From a virus, in IMG/VR virus record IMGVR_UViG_3300036806_000217, positions 23,341 to 87,340 of that record: a stretch of DNA of 64,000 nucleotides; one strand, 5' to 3'. Below, one piece after another: positions 25,650 through 34,615 of this stretch (positions are counted from its first letter, which is position 1; each line of letters opens with the position of its first letter). Below the pieces are notes generated by a model. That model saw nothing but the letters and a program-made list of their open reading frames with translations, was not told where the DNA came from and made no database searches. Made by a program: the position numbers and the translations under genes.

Positions 25650-25969
25650 CCCGCCCCACGATCCACGGCGACGGACCCGCCCGCCCCGCCACCGACGCCG
25701 AGATCAAAGCCGTCCTCGACCAATACACCGCCGCGGACGGCGCCGTCGACTTCCACGCGCTCTGGCTCGACGCGCAAGCCAAGGACCGGCAGGACGCGAT
25801 CGACTACGCCGTCCTCCGCGTCAACCAACTCCTCCAGGCCCTCGCCGACGACACCGGCGACTACGCCCAGCGCAACGCCACCGTCGACGACTTCCGCACC
25901 GCCGTCCGCCACCTCCGCACGCTCAACAGCGGACACCTGCCCCAGCTCACCGCACGCCAGGAGGCCTGA
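25646..25969 (+). CDS. Hypothetical protein
   Basis: ATGA coupling. Confidence 0.6.
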   Translation: MTRPTIHGDGPARPATDAEIKAVLDQYTAADGAVDFHALWLDAQAKDRQDAIDYAVLRVNQLLQALADDTGDYAQRNATVDDFRTAVRHLRTLNSGHLPQLTARQEA

Positions 25970-25970
25970 C

Positions 25971-26174
25971 ATGGCCACCGCCGCACCCGACGTCGCCACC
26001 GAACTCGACCTCGTCCGTGCCGACGGCATCCGCCACTACTGGCGGGCCGTGGCACTCCTCGCCGAAGCCGAAGGGCTCCGCGACAGCGACTACAAACACG
26101 ACCTCATGGAGCGCTGCCAGCGCCACACCGAACTCGCCAAAACCGCAGCACTGCTCACCGGCAGCAGCAGCTGA
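25971..26174 (+). CDS. Hypothetical protein
   Basis: AGGAGG RBS. Confidence 0.6.
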   Translation: MATAAPDVATELDLVRADGIRHYWRAVALLAEAEGLRDSDYKHDLMERCQRHTELAKTAALLTGSSS

Positions 26175-26212
26175 CCCACCCCCCGGGCAACGACACCACG
26201 GAGGACCGACCC

Positions 26213-26437
26213 ATGCCATGGAACCCGTTCGCACCCAAGGCGCCCGCCGTCGACACCCGCTACCACGACGCCGAGCAGCGCCGCCAGGAAGACGCCGCCC
26301 ACAAACGCCAGGTCGCCGCCGACGCAGCCGCCCGCCAGGAGGCATCCGACGCCTACTACGCCGAGATCATGCCCCAGCGCCGGGCCCGCCGCGCCGCCTG
26401 CACCATGTCCAACCACGACCGCTGCCTCAGCCACTGA
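26213..26437 (+). CDS. Hypothetical protein
   Basis: GGAGG RBS. Confidence 0.55.
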   Translation: MPWNPFAPKAPAVDTRYHDAEQRRQEDAAHKRQVAADAAARQEASDAYYAEIMPQRRARRAACTMSNHDRCLSH

Positions 26438-26569
26438 GCAGCCCCCGAGCGCGGCCGACCCGACCCCCCGCGCGGGTCGGCCGCACAGCCGGCGCCCGCC
26501 CCGCACCCCCGGGCGGGACGGGCGCCACCACCGACCGAGCACGACGACCTGAATGGAAGCCGACCAGCC

Positions 26570-27466
26570 GTGGCCAAGACCGACGATCACCCGATCCACC
26601 CCTACGAGCGCGAGCTCAACATCGCGCTCGCGGTGATGTGCTGGGCCTCGGTAGCGATGGCCATCGGCTTCGAGGCAACTACGGCACTCCCCCTCGTCGC
26701 CAGTGAGCGAGTCCCGGCCGACGTGAGGATCAGCGATCTGATCGCCACGGGTGCCGTGGTGGCCATGGCCGCCTACGCCCTCCTGCTGGAGTGGGTCAAC
26801 CGTCACCACCCGTCCCGCCGCCGGGCCTGGCGCCGGTCAGGCTGGTCCTGCCAGGGAGTGCTACTGGCGATGTGTACCGCCGGCGCCATAGAGAAGCACC
26901 ACTACCTGGCGCTCCCTTGGATTGCCACGACGGCCGTCATGGGCCTGGGCAGTTGGAACCTCTGGATGCGTGGCCAACTACTGCCAGCCGAGGACCAGAA
27001 GGTCATCAACGAGCTGATCGCAGACAAGGAGCGCCGCGAAAGAGACGCAATCCGCGCCGCCGAACACCGCCGCCGCGAGACCCGCTTTCAGAAAGTCGCC
27101 GCCTCCTACCAGCCGGCCGGAGCCGCACCCCTGAGCGTTCCTGCCCTGAAGCCCGAAGTCGATCCGAAGCCCTGGCTCATCCCGGATGGAAAGCACAGCC
27201 CGGTCGTGTACTTCATCCAGAACGGCGACCGCGTCAAGATCGGCACGACGACGAACCTGCGCTCCCGGATCAGCGCCCTTTCGTTGCGGCCCACCGACAT
27301 CGTGCTGCTCGTCAACGGCGGACGACCGTTCGAGCAGGCACTCCACAAGCGCTTCGCCAGCGTGCGAGTCGGCAACACCGAGTGGTTCGCCAATTCCGGG
27401 CCGGTCGCCGAGTACATCGTCATCGAGGCTGCGCGGGCCCGAGCTATCGCCAAGTCGAAGGGATGA
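26570..27466 (+). CDS. Multi-TM membrane protein with C-terminal GIY-YIG (T5orf172/MUG113-like) domain
   Basis: About 4 TMs; 'VVYFIQNGDRVKIGTT...R...EQALHKRF...EWF'. Confidence 0.75.
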   Translation: MAKTDDHPIHPYERELNIALAVMCWASVAMAIGFEATTALPLVASERVPADVRISDLIATGAVVAMAAYALLLEWVNRHHPSRRRAWRRSGWSCQGVLLAMCTAGAIEKHHYLALPWIATTAVMGLGSWNLWMRGQLLPAEDQKVINELIADKERRERDAIRAAEHRRRETRFQKVAASYQPAGAAPLSVPALKPEVDPKPWLIPDGKHSPVVYFIQNGDRVKIGTTTNLRSRISALSLRPTDIVLLVNGGRPFEQALHKRFASVRVGNTEWFANSGPVAEYIVIEAARARAIAKSKG

Positions 27467-28380
27467 CCATGGACGAGATCGACGACGCCCCCGTCGCCTC
27501 GCCGGAGACCATCCGGCGCCTCATGCTGTTCGCGGTCATCCTGTCCATCGCCTCGACCGCCACAGCGTTCTGGCTCTCCTACGAGCACCTCCACGACGTC
27601 GCCAGCGGCCATGGCCTCAGCGCAGCCCGCGCCTGGGCATGGCCCGGCACGGTCGACACCTTCATCATCATCGGCGAGGTGATGATCCTCGTCGCCAACC
27701 TTCTCCGCAGGACCGACGGGTGGGCCATCTGCGTAACCGTCATCGGCTCCGTGGGCTCCGTCGCCCTGAACGTCGCTGGCGTCGGAGCGCACGCGGCGAT
27801 CATGACGTATATCGTCGCGGCGGTGCCGCCCTGCGGCGCGCTCATGTCCTTCGCGATTCTCATGCGGCAGATCAAGAAGGTCCTCACTCCACGACGGGAC
27901 GAGGCGGAGCCGTCGGCGGATGCAACGACGGATCAGCCCATCGCCGACGACGGAGCAGCCGACGGAAGCCGGCCACCCGTCGTCGGGAAGACCGTCGACC
28001 CGACGCCTCCCGACGCGACGGAAGCGGCTCGATCCGTCGTCGAGTCGACGCCTTCCGTCGACCTTCCCGACGCTTCCCCCGTCGCTGCATCCGTCGTCGA
28101 GAGGCCAGCCCAGCCGCCGACGACTCGTCGGCCGAAGGCGACCCGATCCGCCACCGGGAAGCGTCCGCCCCGTCGGTCTCTCGACGAGTGGGTGGAGATC
28201 GCCGGGCCGATCTTCCACGCCGAGTTCCAGCGCCTCCGCAGGAAGCCGACCGCCAATGAGTTTGCTCAGGCGATCGACCGGGCCGGCTTCGGCCTGCCCT
28301 CGGACACGGTGGCGAAGACGATCCGTTCGGAGATTCTCGACCGCGCGGACGTCCCGGCTCTGAGTGAGGAGGGGCAATGA
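27463..28380 (+). CDS. DUF2637/Spd-like membrane protein with C-terminal HTH-like domain
   Basis: 'AFWLSYEHL...AWAWP..VD', 'SVALNV', 'AAVPP'; 4 TMs; low-complexity linker. Confidence 0.75.
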   Translation: MTMDEIDDAPVASPETIRRLMLFAVILSIASTATAFWLSYEHLHDVASGHGLSAARAWAWPGTVDTFIIIGEVMILVANLLRRTDGWAICVTVIGSVGSVALNVAGVGAHAAIMTYIVAAVPPCGALMSFAILMRQIKKVLTPRRDEAEPSADATTDQPIADDGAADGSRPPVVGKTVDPTPPDATEAARSVVESTPSVDLPDASPVAASVVERPAQPPTTRRPKATRSATGKRPPRRSLDEWVEIAGPIFHAEFQRLRRKPTANEFAQAIDRAGFGLPSDTVAKTIRSEILDRADVPALSEEGQ

Positions 28381-28401
28381 CGCCTGGCTAGGTGATCTAC
28401 G

Positions 28402-28485
28402 ACGACGACAGCGACGACGTACCCCTGGGGTACCCCCCGTAGGCCCCTGACCTGACCCTATCCCCTCACGACGACAGCGACGACG
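28402..28485. repeat. 18-bp direct repeat flanking a 15-bp palindrome (clt-like candidate)
   Basis: ACGACGACAGCGACGACG at 28402 and 28468; GTACCCC-T-GGGGTAC at 28419-28433. Confidence 0.5.
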
Positions 28486-28506
28486 ACGCACCTCGAAGGA
28501 GACCCC

Positions 28507-29985
28507 GTGGCGGACACTCAGGCGCCGCCCGCGCCCGCACCGCAGACCGTGTACGTTCCCGTGCCCCAGCCGCCAGCCGTAACGGCGGGCTGGGCGGTTC
28601 CGGCTGGGCAGGCCCCGGCGAAGGAGCCGTCCGAGCGGAAGGGTCGCGGCCGCGGGATCCCGGCAGCGCCGGCATTGGCGGCCGCGGGCAACGCGACGGC
28701 GCTCGGCGTCACCTCGGCCTACGCCGCGGGCGGCTGGCCCGGCATGGCCGCAGCGGGCGGCGCTGCCGTGCTCGCCGCGGGCGGGGCGGTGGTGCACCGG
28801 CGCCGAGCGGTGAAGCGCAGCGCGGACATTCGCAAGGCACTGCGGGCCGCGGGCCTCGGCGGCGGCTCGCTCGGTTCCGGTGGCGGCCGCGGATTCGGCC
28901 TCGGTGGCGGGTCGTCTTCGCGCCGTGGCGGGTTGTTCGGTGGCGGGTCGGGTGGCGGCCGGAAGTCGGCGGCCGCGGGCTCGTCTCGTGGCGCCTCGGG
29001 TTCGCGTTCTGGTGGCGGGTCGACGGCTCCGTCCCGTGGCGGCCGCGCGGGTGGGTCGAACTCGCCGCGTGCCGGCAAGTCCGGGGCGGGCGCCAGCACC
29101 GGTTCGTCCGGTCGCCTGGGTCGGGCCCTGGACCGGATGCTCGGCGGCAGTGGCCAGAAGGCCGGCGTCGACAAGGCGGCCCGGAAGTCCGCGAGCGAGA
29201 CCGCTGCGGCGGCGAAGAGCGTCAAGGCGGCGCGGAAGGCGGCGAAGGCCGCGGCGAAGCAGGCCCGCAAGGATCTCGGCCTGCCGTCCCGCAGCAGCCG
29301 GCTCGCCGCGGCGTCCAAGCGCGGCGCCGGCCGTGCCTGGTCCAAGACGGCCAGTCCGCGGGCGGCTGCCCGTCGCCTCGCCGCCCGGAGCGTGCGGAAG
29401 GCCCGCGGCCTCACCGCCGACGGGCTTCGCTCGCTGCGCGCCGGGGTGTGGGGCCTGCTCAAGCACATGTCCTGGAAGAAGGGCGGCAAGCGGGCCCTGG
29501 CCGCGTGGAAGGCGCACCGCGCCAAGCGCAAGACCACCACGCCCGCCGCGCCGCCCACCCCGCCGATCGCGTCCACCGTCCGCCGACCCGCCAGTACGAC
29601 CCCCATCCGATCCTCTGGAGGACCCGGCATGTCCGGCTACCACTTCGTCGCACCCGCCACGGAAGGCGTCCGCGCCGCCGCGAACTACAACCCCACCGGC
29701 ATGCTGCAGGTCATCGAGGACTTCGCCGGGCTCTCCGAAGCCCTGGAGCTCCACGCCCAGGCCATGCGCGTGACCGTCGAGAACGCCGACGCGAAGTTCC
29801 CGCTGGCCCCGCAGGTCATCGACGTCATGCGGCAGGTCCACAACCTGCAGCTGAAGGCCGCCGAGCTCGCCAAGGAGCTCCAGCCCGCATCCCGCAAGCT
29901 CCACGAGGCCGACCTCGCCCGCCACTCCAGCCCCCGCAAGGGCCCGCAGGGCGAGCGCATGTGGGACATCGCCTCCAACAGCTAG
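28507..29985 (+). CDS. Gly/Arg-rich plasmid-transfer-associated (TraA-like) protein
   Basis: AAGGAG RBS; TM hairpin, Gly-rich and basic linker, helical C-terminus; directly upstream of the FtsK-like gene. Confidence 0.55.
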   Translation: MADTQAPPAPAPQTVYVPVPQPPAVTAGWAVPAGQAPAKEPSERKGRGRGIPAAPALAAAGNATALGVTSAYAAGGWPGMAAAGGAAVLAAGGAVVHRRRAVKRSADIRKALRAAGLGGGSLGSGGGRGFGLGGGSSSRRGGLFGGGSGGGRKSAAAGSSRGASGSRSGGGSTAPSRGGRAGGSNSPRAGKSGAGASTGSSGRLGRALDRMLGGSGQKAGVDKAARKSASETAAAAKSVKAARKAAKAAAKQARKDLGLPSRSSRLAAASKRGAGRAWSKTASPRAAARRLAARSVRKARGLTADGLRSLRAGVWGLLKHMSWKKGGKRALAAWKAHRAKRKTTTPAAPPTPPIASTVRRPASTTPIRSSGGPGMSGYHFVAPATEGVRAAANYNPTGMLQVIEDFAGLSEALELHAQAMRVTVENADAKFPLAPQVIDVMRQVHNLQLKAAELAKELQPASRKLHEADLARHSSPRKGPQGERMWDIASNS

Positions 29986-30014
29986 TCCGCCGTCGCGCGG
30001 AGAAAGGCACGATC

Positions 30015-32135
30015 GTGGATCTCGACTGGGACGCCAAGCACGGAGCCGTCACCGGCTCCCTCAACACAGCCGGTGCCGCACTGGCCTTGGCGTCGATCGA
30101 ACACGTCGCCCACCTGCCGCTGTGGTCCGCCACCGCGGTAGCCGGCGCCGGACTGGTGGGCACCCACCTGGCCGGGGTCCGCAAGAAGGTCACCGGTGCG
30201 ACCCTCGCGCTGCGCGCGGCGTCCTGGATGGCCGTTGGCGGCTGGTGCTCCTGGGCCGCGGTCGAAGGTCCGTGGACGCGTGACGTCCTCGTGGCCCTCG
30301 CCGCCGGCGCCGTCGGACTGGGCGGCGCCATGGCCGGTGCGCACCACGTCGAGGAGAAGAAGGCGGAGGAGCAGGCCAAGGCCGAGGCCGCAGCGAACCT
30401 CGCCAGTCTGGACGGCAAGCGGCGGAAGGTCGCCGAGGAGTGGCAGGAGCGCATCGCGAAGGTGTGCACCGGTTCCACCGTCCAGATCACCGGCGTGGAG
30501 GAGTGGCCGTCCGGCGGCGGCTTCACCCTGGATGGCAACTGCCTGCACGGCACCAAGTGGCGCGACCTCAAGACCCACGAGGACGCGCTGGCCGCCGAGG
30601 CCCAGCTCCCGGAGGGCTGCGGCGTCGAGGTCAAGAAGGGCGCTCACCGCGGCGCTGTCCTCATGGACGTGGCCACCGTCAACGCCCTCATCGACGACTG
30701 CCCCTATCCGTCGGACTACTCGCCGCTGTCCATCAACGACCCGGTGTCTCAGGGCGTGTTCCGCGACGGCTCCAAGGCCGAGGTCCTCCTCCGCGAACTT
30801 ACCGGCCTGATCGCGGCCCGCCGCGGCGCCGGCAAGACCAACCTGATGAACGTGGGCATCGCCAACGGCGTGCGGATGGTCGACAACCTGGACTGGGTCA
30901 TCGACCTCAACGGCGGCGGCCTGGCCCTGCCGTGGCTGCACGCCTGGGAGGCGGCGGGCCGTCCGGGTCGGCCGCCGATCGACTGGGTTGCCGACACCCC
31001 GGCGAAGGCCCTGGCCATGGCGCAGGCCGCACTGCGGATCGCGAAGGCCCGCAAGCCCGGCTACAAGAAGCGGGAGATCGCGGCGAACGACGACAAGCTG
31101 CCCGTCGGCTCGGACGTCCCGGCGGTGACGATCAGGTGCGACGAGATCGCGGAGATCTTCTCGCCGCGCGCCCGCAAGAACGAGGTACTGAAGAGGACCG
31201 GGGACATCCTCATCCAGATCGTCGAGATCGCCCGCGCTGTCGCCATCAACGAGATCCTGGCGGCGCTGCGCGTCACCCAGGACGTGCTCGCCGAGCCGCA
31301 GGTCCTCAAGCAGTCCGGCCTGAAGATCGGCATGCAGTCCGACGAGGCCGAACTCGCCTACCTCTGCGGCTGGGGCGACAAGGTCTCCCCGGAGGACATC
31401 CCCTATCCGGGCTGCGGCGTCATGAAGATCGGCGAGGAGCCCGCACGCCCGTTCAAGGCGTACCGGCTCAAGCCCGCACAGATCGCCGACATCGTCGTCG
31501 CTACCAGCGGCCTGCGCCCCGAGCTCGACGAACTGTCCCGCCGCGCAGCCGGCCCGGCCTACGAAACCCGGTGGGACGGCATGGACCACATATTCGGCAT
31601 CGGCGACCTGCCCGAACGCGCAGGCGATGAGGACGGCGACGAAGACGGGGACGGCGAGGGCACCGAGGACTTCGCTGCGCCCCGCGGCTCCGGCGTCACC
31701 GCGAACTGGGGCACCGAGCCGCCGCGCGTCGACACCCAGGCCGCCCTCGACCAGGCCGACGCCGCCCGCGACGCCATCCGCAAGGCAGCCGACGAGGCAA
31801 CCAGCCGCGACGACGACCTCGACGCACAGTTCCAGGCCGTCCTCGAAAGCGGCGGCGCCCTGTGGAAGCCGCCAGCCGACGTGCCGACCCGCACGGGCCA
31901 GCCCATGCCCACCCCGGGCATCAGTGACGACGCCCGCTGGGCCGCCGTGTTCTCCATCGTCGCGAAGGCCGGTCCGGCCGGGATCAGCCCCACGGCGATC
32001 CGCGAGTTCTTCACCCAGATCAGCCCCGGCCTCGAGGCACCGCACCGGGCGACGATCACGACATGGGTCCAGGCCGAGCCGCAGATTCACCAGCCCGTCA
32101 AGGGCAAGTACGCCCTGCGCCCCGAGGAGAAGTGA
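30015..32135 (+). CDS. FtsK/SpoIIIE-like DNA translocase (Streptomyces TraB-type)
   Basis: About 4 N-terminal TMs; Walker A 'ARRGAGKT'; 'WVIDLNGG'; Walker B 'IRCDEIAE'; C-terminal wHTH. Confidence 0.75.
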   Translation: MDLDWDAKHGAVTGSLNTAGAALALASIEHVAHLPLWSATAVAGAGLVGTHLAGVRKKVTGATLALRAASWMAVGGWCSWAAVEGPWTRDVLVALAAGAVGLGGAMAGAHHVEEKKAEEQAKAEAAANLASLDGKRRKVAEEWQERIAKVCTGSTVQITGVEEWPSGGGFTLDGNCLHGTKWRDLKTHEDALAAEAQLPEGCGVEVKKGAHRGAVLMDVATVNALIDDCPYPSDYSPLSINDPVSQGVFRDGSKAEVLLRELTGLIAARRGAGKTNLMNVGIANGVRMVDNLDWVIDLNGGGLALPWLHAWEAAGRPGRPPIDWVADTPAKALAMAQAALRIAKARKPGYKKREIAANDDKLPVGSDVPAVTIRCDEIAEIFSPRARKNEVLKRTGDILIQIVEIARAVAINEILAALRVTQDVLAEPQVLKQSGLKIGMQSDEAELAYLCGWGDKVSPEDIPYPGCGVMKIGEEPARPFKAYRLKPAQIADIVVATSGLRPELDELSRRAAGPAYETRWDGMDHIFGIGDLPERAGDEDGDEDGDGEGTEDFAAPRGSGVTANWGTEPPRVDTQAALDQADAARDAIRKAADEATSRDDDLDAQFQAVLESGGALWKPPADVPTRTGQPMPTPGISDDARWAAVFSIVAKAGPAGISPTAIREFFTQISPGLEAPHRATITTWVQAEPQIHQPVKGKYALRPEEK

Positions 32136-32136
32136 G

Positions 32137-32601
32137 ATGTCCGAACGTCCGTGGTACCGCGAGCCGTCGGCGTTCTTCGCCGAGGCCGCGTTCGAGGAGC
32201 AGCCGGTCGCCCACGCCGAGGTGGCCGTCCGGCCGACCATCCACCCGCCGAACTACATGCCCGGTGCCGTACTCCCCGAGGTGCGCATGGGCCGCGACGG
32301 CGTCCCGCAGTACGCCTACATGCCCACTCCGGTTCCGCAGGGCCTGGACGTGAGGTCGCAGCGGATGGTCGGCTGCGGCGTGATGGCGTTCGGCGTCGGC
32401 GCGGGCACCGCCCTGGTCGAGGTCGGCTCCTACGTGATGTTCGCGGGGATGGCTTTGGCCACGCACGCGATCATCGGGGTGGCGGCGATGTTCGCGTTCG
32501 CGGCGATCAGCGTCGTCGTGCTCCGGACTTCCGGGGGCGTGCGGATCGGCCACTTCCACCAGGGCGACAACTCCAGCTTCAGCGCCGGGAATCAGCGATG
32601 A
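32137..32601 (+). CDS. SpdD-like small membrane protein
   Basis: Pro-rich N-terminus, Gly-rich TM pair, short beta-rich tail; follows traB-like gene. Confidence 0.5.
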   Translation: MSERPWYREPSAFFAEAAFEEQPVAHAEVAVRPTIHPPNYMPGAVLPEVRMGRDGVPQYAYMPTPVPQGLDVRSQRMVGCGVMAFGVGAGTALVEVGSYVMFAGMALATHAIIGVAAMFAFAAISVVVLRTSGGVRIGHFHQGDNSSFSAGNQR

Positions 32602-33293
32602 CCCGCCCGCGGCGCCGACCCGCCCCTACGATGCGCAGACCACGACCTGGGGGGAACCGGAAGATGGCCACGAAGAGACGCACCAAGAAGCAGCGCGAGC
32701 AGGAACAGGTAGCGAAGCTGCTGCTCGGCGTCGTCGGGATCGGCGTCGTGCTCATCCTGGTGGTGGCCGCGGTCCAGGAGTTCGAACTCCACCCCGTCGC
32801 CGGGGCCCTGCTGCTGTTCACCGCGGTCGCGGCCACGGTCCTCGCCGTCGCGGACCGGCGCCGCAAGGCCCAGGAGCGGCGCAGGCTCGCGGACCTCAGG
32901 TCGCGGGAGATCGGCCGCTACCACGTCATGAACCCCAAGGAGTTCGAGCACGCGCTGGCGTTCCTGTGCACCCGGGACGGCTGCACCAGCGTCACGGTCG
33001 TCGGCGGCGCCGGTGACCTCGCCGCGGATGTGCTGGCGACCGCCCCGGACGGCAGGCGGATCCTGATCCAGGCCAAGCGCTACCAGCGCGGCAACAACGT
33101 CGGCTCCCCCGACGTGCAGAAAGTCGGCGGGACGTACCAGGTCGTGCACCGGGCGCAGCTCGCCGCGGTCGTCACCACCGCCGGGTACACCGCGCAGGCC
33201 CGCGCCTATGCGGCAACCGCCGGGATCCGCCTGTTCGACGAGCACGCCCTGGCCGGCTGGGCGTCGCGCACCGGCCCCGCACCGTGGCACTGA
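32598..33293 (+). CDS. Membrane-anchored Mrr-family restriction endonuclease
   Basis: 2 TMs; 'MNPKEFE', 'GGAGDLAADV', 'IQAKRY', 'VVTT..YT..A'. Confidence 0.85.
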   Translation: MTRPRRRPAPTMRRPRPGGNRKMATKRRTKKQREQEQVAKLLLGVVGIGVVLILVVAAVQEFELHPVAGALLLFTAVAATVLAVADRRRKAQERRRLADLRSREIGRYHVMNPKEFEHALAFLCTRDGCTSVTVVGGAGDLAADVLATAPDGRRILIQAKRYQRGNNVGSPDVQKVGGTYQVVHRAQLAAVVTTAGYTAQARAYAATAGIRLFDEHALAGWASRTGPAPWH

Positions 33294-33341
33294 CGCCGCG
33301 TCCGCCGGACAGTGGCACCCCGAACGCGAGAGGATGACGGC

Positions 33342-33635
33342 ATGACCCGTATCACCGTGTCCCAGCAGGCCAAGTTCGGCGAGGTCTTCGCGCCGGGCTG
33401 CTTCGATTCCTCCGTCGGCAAGCACGTCCCGTTCAAGGTCGACGGCCAGTCGGTGACGACCTGCGAGCTGCTCGCGGCCGAGGTCGCCGAGGACGGCCTG
33501 TCCGTGCAGTTGACGCTGGAGACGCCGGACGATGAGCCGTCGATCGTGGCTGACCTCGTGGTGGAGCATCCGAACAGCGCCTCGTTCGGCTTCGCCAGCG
33601 ACCGGCCGCCGTACTCGATCGGAGGCCAGCCGTGA
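33342..33635 (+). CDS. Small protein resembling a truncated HK97 prohead protease
   Basis: 'EVFAPGCF...VPF...AEDGL...SFGF'; GAGGAT hexamer 6 nt before ATG. Confidence 0.55.
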   Translation: MTRITVSQQAKFGEVFAPGCFDSSVGKHVPFKVDGQSVTTCELLAAEVAEDGLSVQLTLETPDDEPSIVADLVVEHPNSASFGFASDRPPYSIGGQP

Positions 33636-33856
33636 CCCTCATTGCCCGCGCGGCCGTCGCCTACTGGCGGTGGAACGAGCGCGTCTGGCTCCAGCTCCGG
33701 CGCTTCGACAACGCCCTGATGGCCCTCGCCGTCGGCGGCGCCATCGCGGCGTGGATCGTCGGCGTCAGCATCGGCAACATGCCGCTGATGTGGGCCCCGG
33801 CTATCCTCGGCGCGATCTACTGGGGTGCGGTCGCCCTGGACGAGAGGCGATCGTGA
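33632..33856 (+). CDS. Two-TM membrane protein
   Basis: GGAGG RBS; hydrophobic pair. Confidence 0.6.
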   Translation: MTLIARAAVAYWRWNERVWLQLRRFDNALMALAVGGAIAAWIVGVSIGNMPLMWAPAILGAIYWGAVALDERRS

Positions 33857-34188
33857 GCGCCCCCGGCTACATCCACCCCGCCTCCGGCCGCGAGTACCGC
33901 GAGGACGATCCCGCAGCCCGCCTCGCAAGCCTCACCCAGGCTTTCGCCAGGCAGTGCGAGCAGTACCTGGTCCACTACGAGCGGCAGCTACAGGGCACCG
34001 ACTACATGGACCAGTACCGCACCTGGCCCGGCGACCCCGACCGGATCACCCGCACGATGGTCCGCACCGCCGAAGCGATCGACAAGGCGTATACCGACGT
34101 CACCGCCGACCGGACGCTGCACGAGTACGGCCTGGGCAAGCGGGACGCGGAGTGGGAGCGGAAGTACGGGAAGGTCGAGAAGCCGTGA
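33853..34188 (+). CDS. Hypothetical protein
   Basis: GTGA coupling. Confidence 0.6.
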   Translation: MSAPGYIHPASGREYREDDPAARLASLTQAFARQCEQYLVHYERQLQGTDYMDQYRTWPGDPDRITRTMVRTAEAIDKAYTDVTADRTLHEYGLGKRDAEWERKYGKVEKP

Positions 34189-34388
34189 CCCGCCGCCCGA
34201 ACGTGGCCCGTGCCTGTCACCAGTTGGAGCGGCACGGAAGCGGGACGCCCAACGACGTGGCGCAGCCGCTGACATGGGCCGAGAACCTGGCCAACTTCAA
34301 GGCCGCGACGAGCATCACCATGGCCGAGGCTGGCCGGAGCATCGTGGCGTGGCAGGAATACCTGCGCGGCAAGCGGGAGGCGGCGTGA
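34185..34388 (+). CDS. Hypothetical protein
   Basis: GTGA coupling. Confidence 0.5.
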   Translation: MTRRPNVARACHQLERHGSGTPNDVAQPLTWAENLANFKAATSITMAEAGRSIVAWQEYLRGKREAA

Positions 34389-34615
34389 CCGCCTCCGGCT
34401 TCACTGCGCCCGTCTCCGGCTACTACCTGTTCCTGCCGGGCCAGCCGCCGCGCCTGCTCACCGAGGAGGAGGCCGCGATGCCGTTCGCCGAGGTGGCCGA
34501 CCGGTACGGCAGACCGCTGCATCTCTGGGAGGGCGACCGGCTGATGAACTCCGGCGGGAGCATCGCGGACGAGTCGACGGGGCCAGTGCTGACGATGGAT
34601 TGGAAGTACGGGTGA
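34385..34615 (+). CDS. Hypothetical protein
   Basis: GGAGG RBS; GTGA coupling. Confidence 0.5.
   Translation: MTASGFTAPVSGYYLFLPGQPPRLLTEEEAAMPFAEVADRYGRPLHLWEGDRLMNSGGSIADESTGPVLTMDWKYG

Noticed and set aside
34208-34237. Hairpin containing TGTCAC, complementary to the GUGACA loops
   Set aside because: Lies inside a coupled ORF, has only a 7-bp stem, and a 6-mer match is expected by chance.
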